A DNA stretch of 64,000 bases, taken from NCBI GenBank assembly GCA_963790475.1, contig CAWBOS010000012.1:1248001-1312000 (forward strand). The letters are read 5' to 3'. Positions 50,055-59,118 of this stretch are shown piece by piece (within the stretch, counting starts at the first letter, position 1; the number at the start of each line of letters is the position of its first letter). Source of the stretch: an uncultured delta proteobacterium (GTDB lineage: Bacteria; Desulfobacterota; RBG-13-43-22). The position numbers were made by a program, and so were the translations under genes. The notes under the pieces were generated by a model. It was not told the DNA's origin, made no database searches, and was given only the letters and a program-made list of their open reading frames with translations.

Positions 50055-50471
50055 TTACTTTTTACGATTTGTAATCCACTGAATCGGGACCAATTTTTCT
50101 ATAGCCTTGAATTCAGGATCGCTGGTCAGGATGCGGCCGCTAAAACGTCTGGCCGTGGCCACACAGAAGGCATCGGCATAAGCGATGGGATACTCGGATT
50201 TGATTTCTGCGGCCTCACTGATTAATTGATCGTCCACCGAAAAGATGTCAATCGGGAGTTGCTCAATGAGAGCCAGGGCTTCCAGAGTTTTTACCCGGCA
50301 GACCCGTCTCTTGACAATGTAGTAGAATTCCCCCCAGTTGATTCGGGAAAGAAAGGCCTTTTTTTCAGCCCCGGTCAGCTCTTTAAAAACGGAACGGACT
50401 GTTTCCCATCCGGGTTCCTGGTGAAAAAAGCTCATAAGGGCAAAGCTGTCAAGAACGATGGGCTGGTCCAT
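50055..50471 (-). CDS. vapC: VapC PIN-domain toxin
   Basis: IVLDSFAL, INWGEFYY, AYADAF, LTSDPEF. Confidence 0.92.
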   Translation of the reverse strand: MDQPIVLDSFALMSFFHQEPGWETVRSVFKELTGAEKKAFLSRINWGEFYYIVKRRVCRVKTLEALALIEQLPIDIFSVDDQLISEAAEIKSEYPIAYADAFCVATARRFSGRILTSDPEFKAIEKLVPIQWITNRKK

Positions 50472-50697
50472 GCTTTCGTTCCTGGGAATGTTCTTGTAAA
50501 AGGTCATTGGTGAGGGAAAAATCGCCTTTGAGGAACCCGCAGGCGGTTTCAAGGGGATCCTCCGGGGCCGGTTTAATCAGAATCCCTTCGGTTTGTTCCA
50601 AAATATGAACTTTCCCTCCAGGCTTGACCCCATATTTGTTTCGAATCCTCTTGGGTAGTAAAATCTGACCTTTTGAGGAAATTTGAGCAAGAGACAT
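50449..50697 (-). CDS. vapB: AbrB/MazE-fold antitoxin
   Basis: ISSKGQILLPKRIRNKYGVKPG; overlaps the vapC start. Confidence 0.9.
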   Translation of the reverse strand: MSLAQISSKGQILLPKRIRNKYGVKPGGKVHILEQTEGILIKPAPEDPLETACGFLKGDFSLTNDLLQEHSQERKHGPAHRS

Positions 50698-50798
50698 AAA
50701 CGTACTCCTTTTTTCTAAAAAGATAACTTTATATTTTATTGTTGTCAATTAAAATAAAATTCCAATTTTTACTCTTTGGAAGGAAAAAAATAAGCAAC

Positions 50799-50827
50799 TT
50801 GACTTTTGGGCTGATCTTTATTATATT
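50799..50827 (+). promoter_or_regulatory. Sigma70 promoter for ssrA
   Basis: TTGACT-N17-TATATT upstream of the tmRNA. Confidence 0.6.
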
Positions 50828-50890
50828 TATAAATAATAGACAGCATAGTGAGGACGACTAAGTTCTGGTTTTCTTGTCTACTTTCAGAAA

Positions 50891-51241
50891 GGGGGCGAAA
50901 CGGCTTCGACGGGGATATTTAGCTTAGGTGGCATACCGAGGTCCTATCGGCTCGTAAAACAGATAGGAAACAATAATCGCAGACAACTACGATTACGCCT
51001 TGGCCGCTTAGGCGGCCGACATCCTGTCCTTCTTTCCTGCGTGGAGGATAAGGGTGACGATTAGCAGGATAGCCCGAACGAATGGCCTGTGGTCGGGAGG
51101 GCGAAACACTTTACAGGCTAGCTTTTCAGGTCTCCCGCCTGGCGGATCCCCGGAAAGCGAATCTTAAATAGCCAGGATATGTATGTAGAGGCCTAAGTGA
51201 TGTATTTTCGGACGCGGGTTCAACTCCCGCCGCCTCCACCA
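50891..51241 (+). ncRNA. ssrA: tmRNA
   Basis: 5' GGGGGCGAAACGGCTTCGAC; tag ORF ADNYDYALAA* at 50979-51011; 3' GACGCGGGTTCAACTCCCGCCGCCTCCACCA. Confidence 0.97.
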
Positions 51242-51289
51242 AAAATTAGAAATCCATTTCAGTTATTCAACGTGAGCCGCTTTTAATAT

Positions 51290-51324
51290 AAAGCCCCTGA
51301 GGAATAATCCCGGGGGCTTTTTTT
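51290..51324 (+). terminator. Intrinsic terminator after ssrA
   Basis: aaagcccctgaggaataatcccgggggcttttttt. Confidence 0.8.
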
Positions 51325-51341
51325 GTTTGGAGAGGAAGATC

Positions 51342-52634
51342 ATGGAGATCTTAATCATATTCCTGCTGATGATCTTGAATGGTTTGTTTGCCATGTCCGA
51401 GATGGCAGTGATATTTTCCCGAAAAGCCCGACTACAACAATGGGCCAGGGAGGGGAATAAGCGGGCTCAAACAGCCCTGGAATTGGCGGAAAACCCCAAT
51501 CGATTCCTGTCCACCATCCAGGTGGGTATCACCTTGATTGGCATCCTGGCCGGGGCCTTCGGGGGGACCACAGTAGCCCGTTCTCTTGACGCCTATCTGA
51601 AAGGGATACCTTTTTTGAAAGGATACAGTGAAGCCCTGTCTTTGGGGGTTGTGGTCCTGGCCCTTACCTACCTCTCCATTGTCATTGGGGAACTGGTCCC
51701 CAAGCGATTGGCTTTGAACAACGCCGAACGGATAGCCTCAGTGATGGCCGTTCCCCTGCGATGGGTGTCCAGAGTCACCCACCCGGTAGTTCAGATCCTG
51801 ACTATTTCTTCCGAATGGATTTTAAGGCTTCTTGGTTCTCAACCTTCCCAAGAACCGTCCATCACCGAAGAGGAAATCAAAATCCTGATCGATCAGGGCA
51901 CCCGGGATGGTGTTTTTGCCGAAGCTGAAAAAGATATCGTCAAAAGTGTGTTTCGGTTGGCCGATCGGGAAGTCGGGGTTCTGATGACCCCCCGCTTAGA
52001 GATCGTCTGGCTGGATCAGAATGCCCCTGTTGAAGAAAATCGAACTAAGATCATGGAAAATACCTTTTCCCGTTTTCCGGTCGCTCAAGGCAGTCTGGAC
52101 AATGTCCTGGGGGTGGTACGGGCCAAGGACCTTTTGGTCCAGGGCCTCTCCGGCCGACCGATAGACCTGAAAGAAAAGATGAGCCCCCCTCTTTTTATTC
52201 CGGAAAATGCAGCAGCCATGCATCTTCTGGAGTTGTTCAAGAAATCCCGTCCGCACCTGGCCTTGGTAGTGGATGAATACGGCGGCATCCAGGGTCTGAT
52301 CACCTTGAATGATATCTTGGAATCCATCGTCGGAGAGATCTCTTCTCAGGATCAGACTACGGAGCCCCAGTCGGTTCAGAGGGAAGACGGTTCCTGGCTG
52401 GTGGACGGAATGATACCTATAGACGAGCTTAAGGAGCTCTTTGAACTGGGGGAATTACCGGACGAGGGTAGCGGCCACTACCAGACCCTGGGCGGGTTTA
52501 TAATGATGCAGATGGGAAGAGTTCCCAAGCCAGCCGAACATTTCCAATGGGAGGACTTGCGTTTTGAAGTGGCGGATATGGATGGAAAACGGGTGGATAA
52601 AGTGATCATTTCCCGAGAACAAAAGCCGGAATAG
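51342..52634 (+). CDS. Hemolysin-family CNNM/CBS/CorC transporter
   Basis: NGLFAMSEMA, FLSTIQVGIT, GELVPKRLA, MTPR, FSRFPV, VVDEYGG, TLGG. Confidence 0.93.
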   Translation: MEILIIFLLMILNGLFAMSEMAVIFSRKARLQQWAREGNKRAQTALELAENPNRFLSTIQVGITLIGILAGAFGGTTVARSLDAYLKGIPFLKGYSEALSLGVVVLALTYLSIVIGELVPKRLALNNAERIASVMAVPLRWVSRVTHPVVQILTISSEWILRLLGSQPSQEPSITEEEIKILIDQGTRDGVFAEAEKDIVKSVFRLADREVGVLMTPRLEIVWLDQNAPVEENRTKIMENTFSRFPVAQGSLDNVLGVVRAKDLLVQGLSGRPIDLKEKMSPPLFIPENAAAMHLLELFKKSRPHLALVVDEYGGIQGLITLNDILESIVGEISSQDQTTEPQSVQREDGSWLVDGMIPIDELKELFELGELPDEGSGHYQTLGGFIMMQMGRVPKPAEHFQWEDLRFEVADMDGKRVDKVIISREQKPE

Positions 52635-52812
52635 AGGTTAAAGGTCAGATTGTAAAAGGCAAAAGGTAAAAGGAAAAAGGGGAAAAAGCATAGTGCAGAG
52701 TGAAACGTTCAAAGGTCAAAATGCAAAATAAAGGGAATAAAACTAAAAGTCTTAGGCTCTTAGACCAGTGGGAACGTGGATGCTTTTCCCTTGAACCCCA
52801 ACCCCCAAACCT

Positions 52813-53031
52813 CTAATCTCCCACCTCCGGCCTGTTGTCTATTAACTTTTTGTCTGCTTCTTCCCTTTCTTTCTGAGATTCGTTGATCAGGCACTGGGGT
52901 CGAAATTTGCAATATAGTTTGGGATCGCTGCAGGCCACTCCTTCCTCAAAGCAGGCCGGGCAGTAAGCGATCAGATGTTTCTGGCAAGGGAAGACCCCTT
53001 CCCGGTCCGGATGGTTTCGGCAGCTTGGCAT
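52813..53031 (-). CDS. Small Cys/His-rich (B-box-like) protein
   Basis: CRNHP...CQKH...CPAC...CSDPKLYCKFRPQC. Confidence 0.6.
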   Translation of the reverse strand: MPSCRNHPDREGVFPCQKHLIAYCPACFEEGVACSDPKLYCKFRPQCLINESQKEREEADKKLIDNRPEVGD

Positions 53032-53111
53032 AATAAAAAGTCTTATACCATAACTTCGGGAAGAAACGAAAGGGATTCACGACTTTTTTCGCTTTTCTTT
53101 CTTTTTTCATT

Positions 53112-53140
53112 TTGACAAATCTCGAAAATCCTTATATATT
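53112..53140 (+). promoter_or_regulatory. Sigma70 promoter of the polysaccharide operon
   Basis: TTGACA-N17-TATATT. Confidence 0.6.
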
Positions 53141-53234
53141 CATTTAGATAAATTAAATAGACCCAAAAGACCCAATACCCAGCTAAACCAGATAAACCAA
53201 ACGCTAAACAGGCCAGACAGAACTGATCAAAGCA

Positions 53235-53936
53235 ATGCTTTTGTCCGTCATTATTCCGGTTTTTAATGAGAAGGAGACCTTGGAGGGTTTGGTGGAAAAG
53301 GTTCGTTCGGTTGATCTTTCCTCCTTGAACATTACCATGGAGATCGTGGTCATCGATGACTGCTCCCAGGACGGTACCCTGGATGTGGCACGAAAGCTGG
53401 CCGAGGAGGGGAAGATCCGTTTACTAAGACATGATAAAAACCAGGGGAAGGGAGCAGCCCTACAAACCGGGTTTCAGGGGGCGCAGGGAGAAATCGTTTT
53501 GATCCAGGATGCCGACCTGGAATACGACCCTGAAGAATATCCTAAATTGTTAAGGCCCATCATAGAAGGGAAGGCCGACGTTGTTTATGGCTCCCGCTTC
53601 ATGGGAGGAGAGCCCCATCGGGTCCTCTATTTTTGGCATTATGTCGGAAACAGATTCCTGACTCTTCTATCCAGCATGATGACCAACCTTAATTTATCCG
53701 ATATGGAGACCTGTTATAAGGTCTTCCGAACAGAGATGCTCAGGTCCATCCATTTGAAGGAAAAAAGGTTTGGTTTCGAACCTGAAGTCACGGCCCGGAT
53801 CGCCCGGTTGGGGTGCCGAATTTACGAGGTTGGTATTTCCTATACCGGACGGACCTATAAAGAGGGGAAAAAAATCAACTGGAAAGACGGTGTCCGAGCT
53901 ATGTGGTGTATCATTAAGTATGCGGTAGTTAAATGA
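53235..53936 (+). CDS. Glycosyltransferase family 2 (DPM1-like)
   Basis: SVIIPVFNE, DDCSQDGT, NQGKGAA, QDADLEYDP, YGSRF, DMETCYK. Confidence 0.93.
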   Translation: MLLSVIIPVFNEKETLEGLVEKVRSVDLSSLNITMEIVVIDDCSQDGTLDVARKLAEEGKIRLLRHDKNQGKGAALQTGFQGAQGEIVLIQDADLEYDPEEYPKLLRPIIEGKADVVYGSRFMGGEPHRVLYFWHYVGNRFLTLLSSMMTNLNLSDMETCYKVFRTEMLRSIHLKEKRFGFEPEVTARIARLGCRIYEVGISYTGRTYKEGKKINWKDGVRAMWCIIKYAVVK

Positions 53937-53976
53937 TTACAACCGGTTGGCTTTTTGAGATTTAAAAAATTTATTC

Positions 53977-54173
53977 GACAGGATTTACAGGATTGCTTTC
54001 TTTTGTGCCTTTCGTCCTGTCTGCATGCGAGCACGCAGACAGGCATGGGGATGAAAGGGACAAACCGAATCGTCCTGCGGACAGAAGCATTCATTTCCGC
54101 TGGAAGCGGACCGAGGTTGCTCAGGGCCTAACAGGGCCTGAGCAATGAACATGTAAATCCCGTTAATCCTGTC
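53977..54173. mobile_element. Non-autonomous MITE-like derivative of the GxxExxY element
   Basis: GACAGGATT TACAGGATT ... cctttc/gaaaggg hairpin ... ttgctcag/ctgagcaa hairpin ... AATCCCGTT AATCCTGTC. Confidence 0.7.
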
Positions 54174-54200
54174 AGACAAAAACACTTTCTTTAGGTTTTT

Positions 54201-55193
54201 ATGAAACATGTCTTAGTCACCGGGGGAGCCGGATACATCGGGAGTGTGGTCTGCCAAACCCTTCTCGAAAGAGGGCACTCGATTATTGTTCTGGATAGTC
54301 TGGAGGAAGGACATCGACAGGCTCTGCCAACGAATAGCATTTTTTTTCAGGGTGATCTTGGGGATGAGCCCTTTTTAAAAACTATTTTTGATTCCTATCC
54401 CATTGGGGCCGTGCTGCATTTGGCTGCTTATTGTCTGGTGGGGGAGTCGGTCCAGGATCCGGAAAAATACTATGGAAATAATGTGTCCAAGGGGCTTGTT
54501 CTCTTGAAGGCCATGAGGGGTTTCGGGGTTAATAAGATAGTCTTTTCCTCTTCGGCAGCGGTCTATGGGGAACCCATCTCCACTCCGATTGCTGAAACTC
54601 ACCCGACTCAGCCGGTCAATCCCTATGGTCATTCCAAACTCATTTTTGAACAGGTCCTGGATTGGTACCAAAAGGCCTATGGGTTGAAGTATGTCACCTT
54701 TCGCTATTTCAATGCCGCCGGAGCAATAGATCGGCTGGGAGAGGACCATCATCCGGAAACCCACTTGATCCCCCTGATCCTTGGGCCCCTCTTGGCTGGG
54801 GAAAGGGCTGCAGAACCGCTAACGGTTTTCGGAACGGATTACCCGACGCCGGACGGAAGCTGTCTGCGGGATTATATCCATATCCGGGACCTGGCCTTGG
54901 CCCATGTCCTGGCCCTGGAAAGATTGGATAAACTCCAGGAGAGAATTTTTAATCTGGGAAACGGGATGGGTTTTTCGGTCTTGGAGGTTATTGAGGCGGC
55001 CGGCCAGGTCAGCGGCCGGAAAATCCCTTATCGCCATGGAGAACGCCGTCCGGGAGATCCGGCTGTGCTGGTGGCTTCTTCCATTCGGGCCCGGAAGGTC
55101 CTGGGCTGGGAACCCTGCTATCCGGAGTTAAAAGAAATTATCGCATCCGCCTGGGACTGGCATCAAAAATTTCCCAGAGGGTATGAACAATAA
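54201..55193 (+). CDS. galE: UDP-glucose 4-epimerase
   Basis: TGGAGYIGS, VGESV, FSSSAAVYG, YGHSK, FRYFNAAGA, PETHLIP, RDYIH. Confidence 0.95.
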   Translation: MKHVLVTGGAGYIGSVVCQTLLERGHSIIVLDSLEEGHRQALPTNSIFFQGDLGDEPFLKTIFDSYPIGAVLHLAAYCLVGESVQDPEKYYGNNVSKGLVLLKAMRGFGVNKIVFSSSAAVYGEPISTPIAETHPTQPVNPYGHSKLIFEQVLDWYQKAYGLKYVTFRYFNAAGAIDRLGEDHHPETHLIPLILGPLLAGERAAEPLTVFGTDYPTPDGSCLRDYIHIRDLALAHVLALERLDKLQERIFNLGNGMGFSVLEVIEAAGQVSGRKIPYRHGERRPGDPAVLVASSIRARKVLGWEPCYPELKEIIASAWDWHQKFPRGYEQ

Positions 55194-55202
55194 CCGGCTA
55201 CT

Positions 55203-55244
55203 GGCAGGATTAACAAGATTTATGTGAATCCTGTTAATCCTGTC
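55203..55244. repeat. Minimal inverted 9-mer repeat (ends-only copy)
   Basis: GGCAGGATT AACAAGATT tatgtg AATCCTGTT AATCCTGTC. Confidence 0.75.
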
Positions 55245-55306
55245 GGACCATTTTTTTTTGAAGCTAAACTGTTACGATTTTTCTAAGATATCCTGTTACA
55301 TAAGAG

Positions 55307-55819
55307 ATGATGATGAGCAATATTGAAACCTGGTATACGGTTTATACCAAAAGCCGCTGTGAACAAAAGGTTTTTCAGACTTTGACCGACAAATCCATTG
55401 TCGCCTTTTTACCCAAAATCGAAACCTTAAGCCGCCGCAAAGACAGAAGGAAAAAGATTTGGCTTCCCCTTTTCCCCGGATATGTTTTTTTTCGAATTCC
55501 CTGGGAACTGAAATTATATTGGGAAGTATTAAAGACCGACGGTGTTGTAAAGGTCCTGACCATGGGAGGGGCACCGGCCCCGGTGCCGGAGGTGGAGATT
55601 CAGTCGGTTAAAATTGCGGTGGAAAGCCTGTTGCCGCTTTTTCCGCATCCCTTTGTCAGGGAGGGAGACCGGGTGATTATTGAAGCAGGGCCTTTAAAAG
55701 GCGCCCAGGGAATTTTTATATCCCGGGAGGGAAAAATGGGAAAATTCGTGGTTGGGGTTGATTTGCTCAACCGGGCCGTGGCTGTGGAGATTGAACCGGA
55801 ATTTATCCGGAAATTGTAA
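55307..55819 (+). CDS. NusG paralogue (UpxY/RfaH-like) antiterminator
   Basis: WYTVYTKSRCE, PLFPGYVF, GDRVIIEAGPLKG (KOW). Confidence 0.9.
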   Translation: MMMSNIETWYTVYTKSRCEQKVFQTLTDKSIVAFLPKIETLSRRKDRRKKIWLPLFPGYVFFRIPWELKLYWEVLKTDGVVKVLTMGGAPAPVPEVEIQSVKIAVESLLPLFPHPFVREGDRVIIEAGPLKGAQGIFISREGKMGKFVVGVDLLNRAVAVEIEPEFIRKL

Positions 55820-55849
55820 TTGTCAGAAAAAAAGGAGGTTCAAAAGTCT

Positions 55850-57478
55850 ATGGATTATTCAATTGCCCCCACGGGAGAACGGTTTTCCCTGCCCAATCCT
55901 GAGGATGCAGAGGCGGAAAACAAACGCCTCCGAACCCTGGCGGATGAACAACGCCGGCAAGGGAGGGAGATTGTGGTGGTGATGGGGGTCGGCTTTGTGG
56001 GCGCGGTGATGGCCGGTGTGGTCGCCGATTCCGTAGATGCCCAGGGCCGGTCCGCAAAATTCGTCATCGGCATGCAGCGGCCCAGTTCCCGGTCTTTTTG
56101 GAAGATCCCTTTTATCAATCGGGGGATCTGTCCGGTCACGGCAGAAGACCCGGAGGTCGCCCCTTTGATCCGCCGCTGCGTGCTGGAAAAAAAGACCATG
56201 ACCGCCACCTTTTCCATCGAGGCCTTGTCCCTGGCCGATGCCGTTGTGGTAGATGTTCAATGCGATTTCATCAAGGAAGACCTGGGCAATGTCAAAAGCG
56301 GCAATGCCGACATTCAGGCCCTGGAAGAAAGTTTTAAGATTATCGGGCACAAAATTTCTCCCAAGACCCTGGTCCTGATCGAAACCACCGTTCCTCCCGG
56401 AACGACCGAATACATCGCCTACCCTTATATTAAAAAGGCCTTTGAGGAGCGGGGCATATCGGAGGAACCTCTTTTGGCCCACAGCTTCGAACGGGTCATG
56501 CCGGGAAAGAACTATGTAGCCTCAATCCGGAATTTCTGGCGGGTCTGCAGCGGCATCAACACCGAGGCCCGGGACCGGGTAGTCCGTTTTCTGTCCGAGG
56601 TCATAGAAGTGGAGAAATACCCTTTGACGGTCTTGGACCGGCCAATGGAAAGTGAGACCTGCAAGATCATTGAAAACAGCTTTCGGGCGACTATGCTGGC
56701 CTATATGCATGAATGGAGCTTATTTGCCGAACGCAACGGCGTGGATCTTCTCAAGGTCATCGAGGCCATCAAGGTCCGGCCGACCCACAGTAATATCATG
56801 TTTCCAGGACCGGGAATCGGCGGCTATTGCCTGCCCAAAGACGGGGGGCTGGGCCTCTGGTCCTATAAGCACCTGATGGGATTTCAGGACGATATCTTTC
56901 AGGTCACCCCTTTGGCCATCAATATCAATGATACCCGGGCCCTTCATGCCGCCCAATTAGTAAGGGACGCCCTGCGCAACCAAAACCGGATTGTGGCTTC
57001 TTCCCTGATTGCCGTTTTGGGGATTTCATACCGGGAGGATGTGGGCGATACCCGCTACAGCGGTTCAGAACTTTTGGTCAGAAAATTAAGCGAAATGGGG
57101 TCCGAGGTGCGGGTCCATGATCCTTATGTGGACCACTGGTGGGAAATGGAAAAGCAGGACGATTATCCCATTCACAATAGTTGGGCGCGATTTTTCCGGA
57201 ACCAGGAAGGGTTGAAAAATCTGCAAGTCAACAAAGAAATTCCTGAAACCCTGCGGGGGGCGGATGCCGTCGTCCTGGCTGTGCGTCATTCGGCCTATAT
57301 GGACCTGGCCCCGAAGCAGGTGGTGGAGTGGATCGGCAAGCCTGCGGCGGTGGTGGATTGTTTTGGAATTCTGAATGACGACCAGATCCGAAAATATTTT
57401 GAGCTGGGATGCGAGGTGAAAGGTTCCGGACGAGGCCATATCAATCGTATTAAAAGGGAAGTATTGGGGAAAAAATAA
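55850..57478 (+). CDS. Nucleotide-sugar dehydrogenase (UDP-glucose/GDP-mannose dehydrogenase family)
   Basis: GVGFVG, ETTVPPGTT, ERVMPG, KIIENSFR, PGPGIGGYCLPKD, GISYREDVGDTR. Confidence 0.92.
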   Translation: MDYSIAPTGERFSLPNPEDAEAENKRLRTLADEQRRQGREIVVVMGVGFVGAVMAGVVADSVDAQGRSAKFVIGMQRPSSRSFWKIPFINRGICPVTAEDPEVAPLIRRCVLEKKTMTATFSIEALSLADAVVVDVQCDFIKEDLGNVKSGNADIQALEESFKIIGHKISPKTLVLIETTVPPGTTEYIAYPYIKKAFEERGISEEPLLAHSFERVMPGKNYVASIRNFWRVCSGINTEARDRVVRFLSEVIEVEKYPLTVLDRPMESETCKIIENSFRATMLAYMHEWSLFAERNGVDLLKVIEAIKVRPTHSNIMFPGPGIGGYCLPKDGGLGLWSYKHLMGFQDDIFQVTPLAININDTRALHAAQLVRDALRNQNRIVASSLIAVLGISYREDVGDTRYSGSELLVRKLSEMGSEVRVHDPYVDHWWEMEKQDDYPIHNSWARFFRNQEGLKNLQVNKEIPETLRGADAVVLAVRHSAYMDLAPKQVVEWIGKPAAVVDCFGILNDDQIRKYFELGCEVKGSGRGHINRIKREVLGKK

Positions 57479-57484
57479 GGGTTA

Positions 57485-57997
57485 GACAGGATTAACAGGA
57501 TTGACTTGATATTTTTTACCCTTTCCGGATGAAAGGGCAAAATGGTCCTCCACAATGAAACACGAAGATATAACCAAAAATAACATAGGAGCATCTTACA
57601 GGGTATTCAATACGCTCGGCTTTGGTTTTTTAGAAAGTGTTTATAGAAAGTCGATGGGGATTGAATTGATGAAAAATAATTTGAAATTTGAAGAAGAGAA
57701 ACCATTAAAAGTTTTTTATGAAGACCATGTAATTGGAGATTTTTACCTAGATCTTTTGATAGAGGATGAAATTGTGGTTGAATTAAAATCGATTCAGAAT
57801 TTACTTAAAGAACATGAGGTCCAACTTGTAAATTATCTGAATGGGTTGAAAAAGGAAGTCGGTCTATTAATCAATTTTAGCCCCCATGGCGTCGAAGTTA
57901 AACGTAAATATCGACAACCGTCGCCGAAGGCAGATTGAATTTGCTCAGTTTCTTCTGGAAACTGAGCAAAAATCCCTTTAATCCTGCAAATCCTGTC
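57485..57997 (+). mobile_element. GxxExxY gene module bounded by inverted 9-mer repeats and hairpins
   Basis: Left: GACAGGATT AACAGGATT GACTTGATA plus a hairpin at 57514-57542. Right: a hairpin at 57940-57970 plus AATCCCTTT AATCCTGCA AATCCTGTC. Confidence 0.65.
57555..57938 (+). CDS. GxxExxY protein (PD-(D/E)XK nuclease-like)
   Basis: LGFGFLESVY, DLLIEDEIVVELKS, QLVNYL, GLLINF; AT-richer than neighbouring genes. Confidence 0.92.
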   Translation: MKHEDITKNNIGASYRVFNTLGFGFLESVYRKSMGIELMKNNLKFEEEKPLKVFYEDHVIGDFYLDLLIEDEIVVELKSIQNLLKEHEVQLVNYLNGLKKEVGLLINFSPHGVEVKRKYRQPSPKAD

Positions 57998-58017
57998 TGA
58001 AAAAAAGTGGATTTTTT

Positions 58018-59112
58018 ATGAACCAATCCAAAGTAGCTGTCTTAAAAACCGAACCAAAGACTGTCTTTGAGGATATCGATCGTCTGTGCGAACTGGCCGA
58101 TTTTAAAAAACATCTCGACCCGACCCGTCCGGTAATCCTCAAGGACAATATTTCCTGGCATTTTCCCTTCCTGAGTGCCAATACCACCCCCTGGCAGTTG
58201 GAAGGAATGATCAAGACCCTACTGGAAAATGGGTACCGGGACCTGGTTGCGGTCCATAATAATACGGTGGTCACCAATCCTTATAAGGGAGGCCGGTTGA
58301 ATAAACTGACCCCTATCTATGAGAAATACCAAATCCCGGAACTCTATAATTTCAGAAAAGATCAGATCCGCTGGGAAGTCTATCGGCCTAAAGCCCGAAT
58401 GAGAGTCCTGAACCAAATCTTTCCTCAAGGGATACGTATCCCTGAATTCTTTATCGGGAAAAACATCGTACACCTCCCTACTGTCAAAACCCATATTTAT
58501 ACTTCCACCACCGGGGCTATGAAGAATGCCTTCGGGGGCTTATTGAACACCAAACGGCATTACACCCACAGCGTGATCCATGAAACCCTGGTGGATCTCT
58601 TGGCCATCCAGAAGGAAATCCATTCCGGGATCTTCGCCTTGATGGATGGGACCGTTTGCGGCTCCGGCCCGGGGCCGAGGACCATGACCCCGGTAGAAAA
58701 GAATTATCTGTTGGCGTCCGGAGACAGCGTCGCCATCGATGCCGTAGCCGCCCATATGATGGGTTTTGATCCCTTAACTCTCCCCTTTATTCGTCTGGCC
58801 TGTGAAGACGATCTGGGTCAGGGACAATTTAAAGACATCGAAATCCTTGGGGAAGATGTATCCAAAGAAAACTTCGGATTTCAGGTGGGAGATAACTTTG
58901 CCAGTAACATAGGTGATTTCTTATGGTTCAGTCCCTTCCGCAGGTACCAAAAGTTTTTTTTTCATACCCCAATGGTCAACCTCTTTATTTTTGCTTCCTT
59001 CTTTTACCATGATTTTATCTGGTGGCCTTTTAGAGGCACCAGGATTATGAAAAATTTTAAAAAGGAGTCCCGGTGGGGGAGGTATTTTTCAACCTATCCC
59101 GAGCTGCGGTAA
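58018..59112 (+). CDS. DUF362 domain protein
   Basis: ILKDNISW, HLPTVKTH, TGAMKNAFG, MDGTVCGSGPGP, VAIDAVAAHMMGFDP. Confidence 0.85.
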   Translation: MNQSKVAVLKTEPKTVFEDIDRLCELADFKKHLDPTRPVILKDNISWHFPFLSANTTPWQLEGMIKTLLENGYRDLVAVHNNTVVTNPYKGGRLNKLTPIYEKYQIPELYNFRKDQIRWEVYRPKARMRVLNQIFPQGIRIPEFFIGKNIVHLPTVKTHIYTSTTGAMKNAFGGLLNTKRHYTHSVIHETLVDLLAIQKEIHSGIFALMDGTVCGSGPGPRTMTPVEKNYLLASGDSVAIDAVAAHMMGFDPLTLPFIRLACEDDLGQGQFKDIEILGEDVSKENFGFQVGDNFASNIGDFLWFSPFRRYQKFFFHTPMVNLFIFASFFYHDFIWWPFRGTRIMKNFKKESRWGRYFSTYPELR

Positions 59113-59118
59113 TCAATC

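Noticed and set aside
46500-51330. tmRNA-integrated genomic island or prophage
   Set aside because: The debris lies 5' of ssrA, there is no integrase, and no duplicate of the ssrA 3' end was found.
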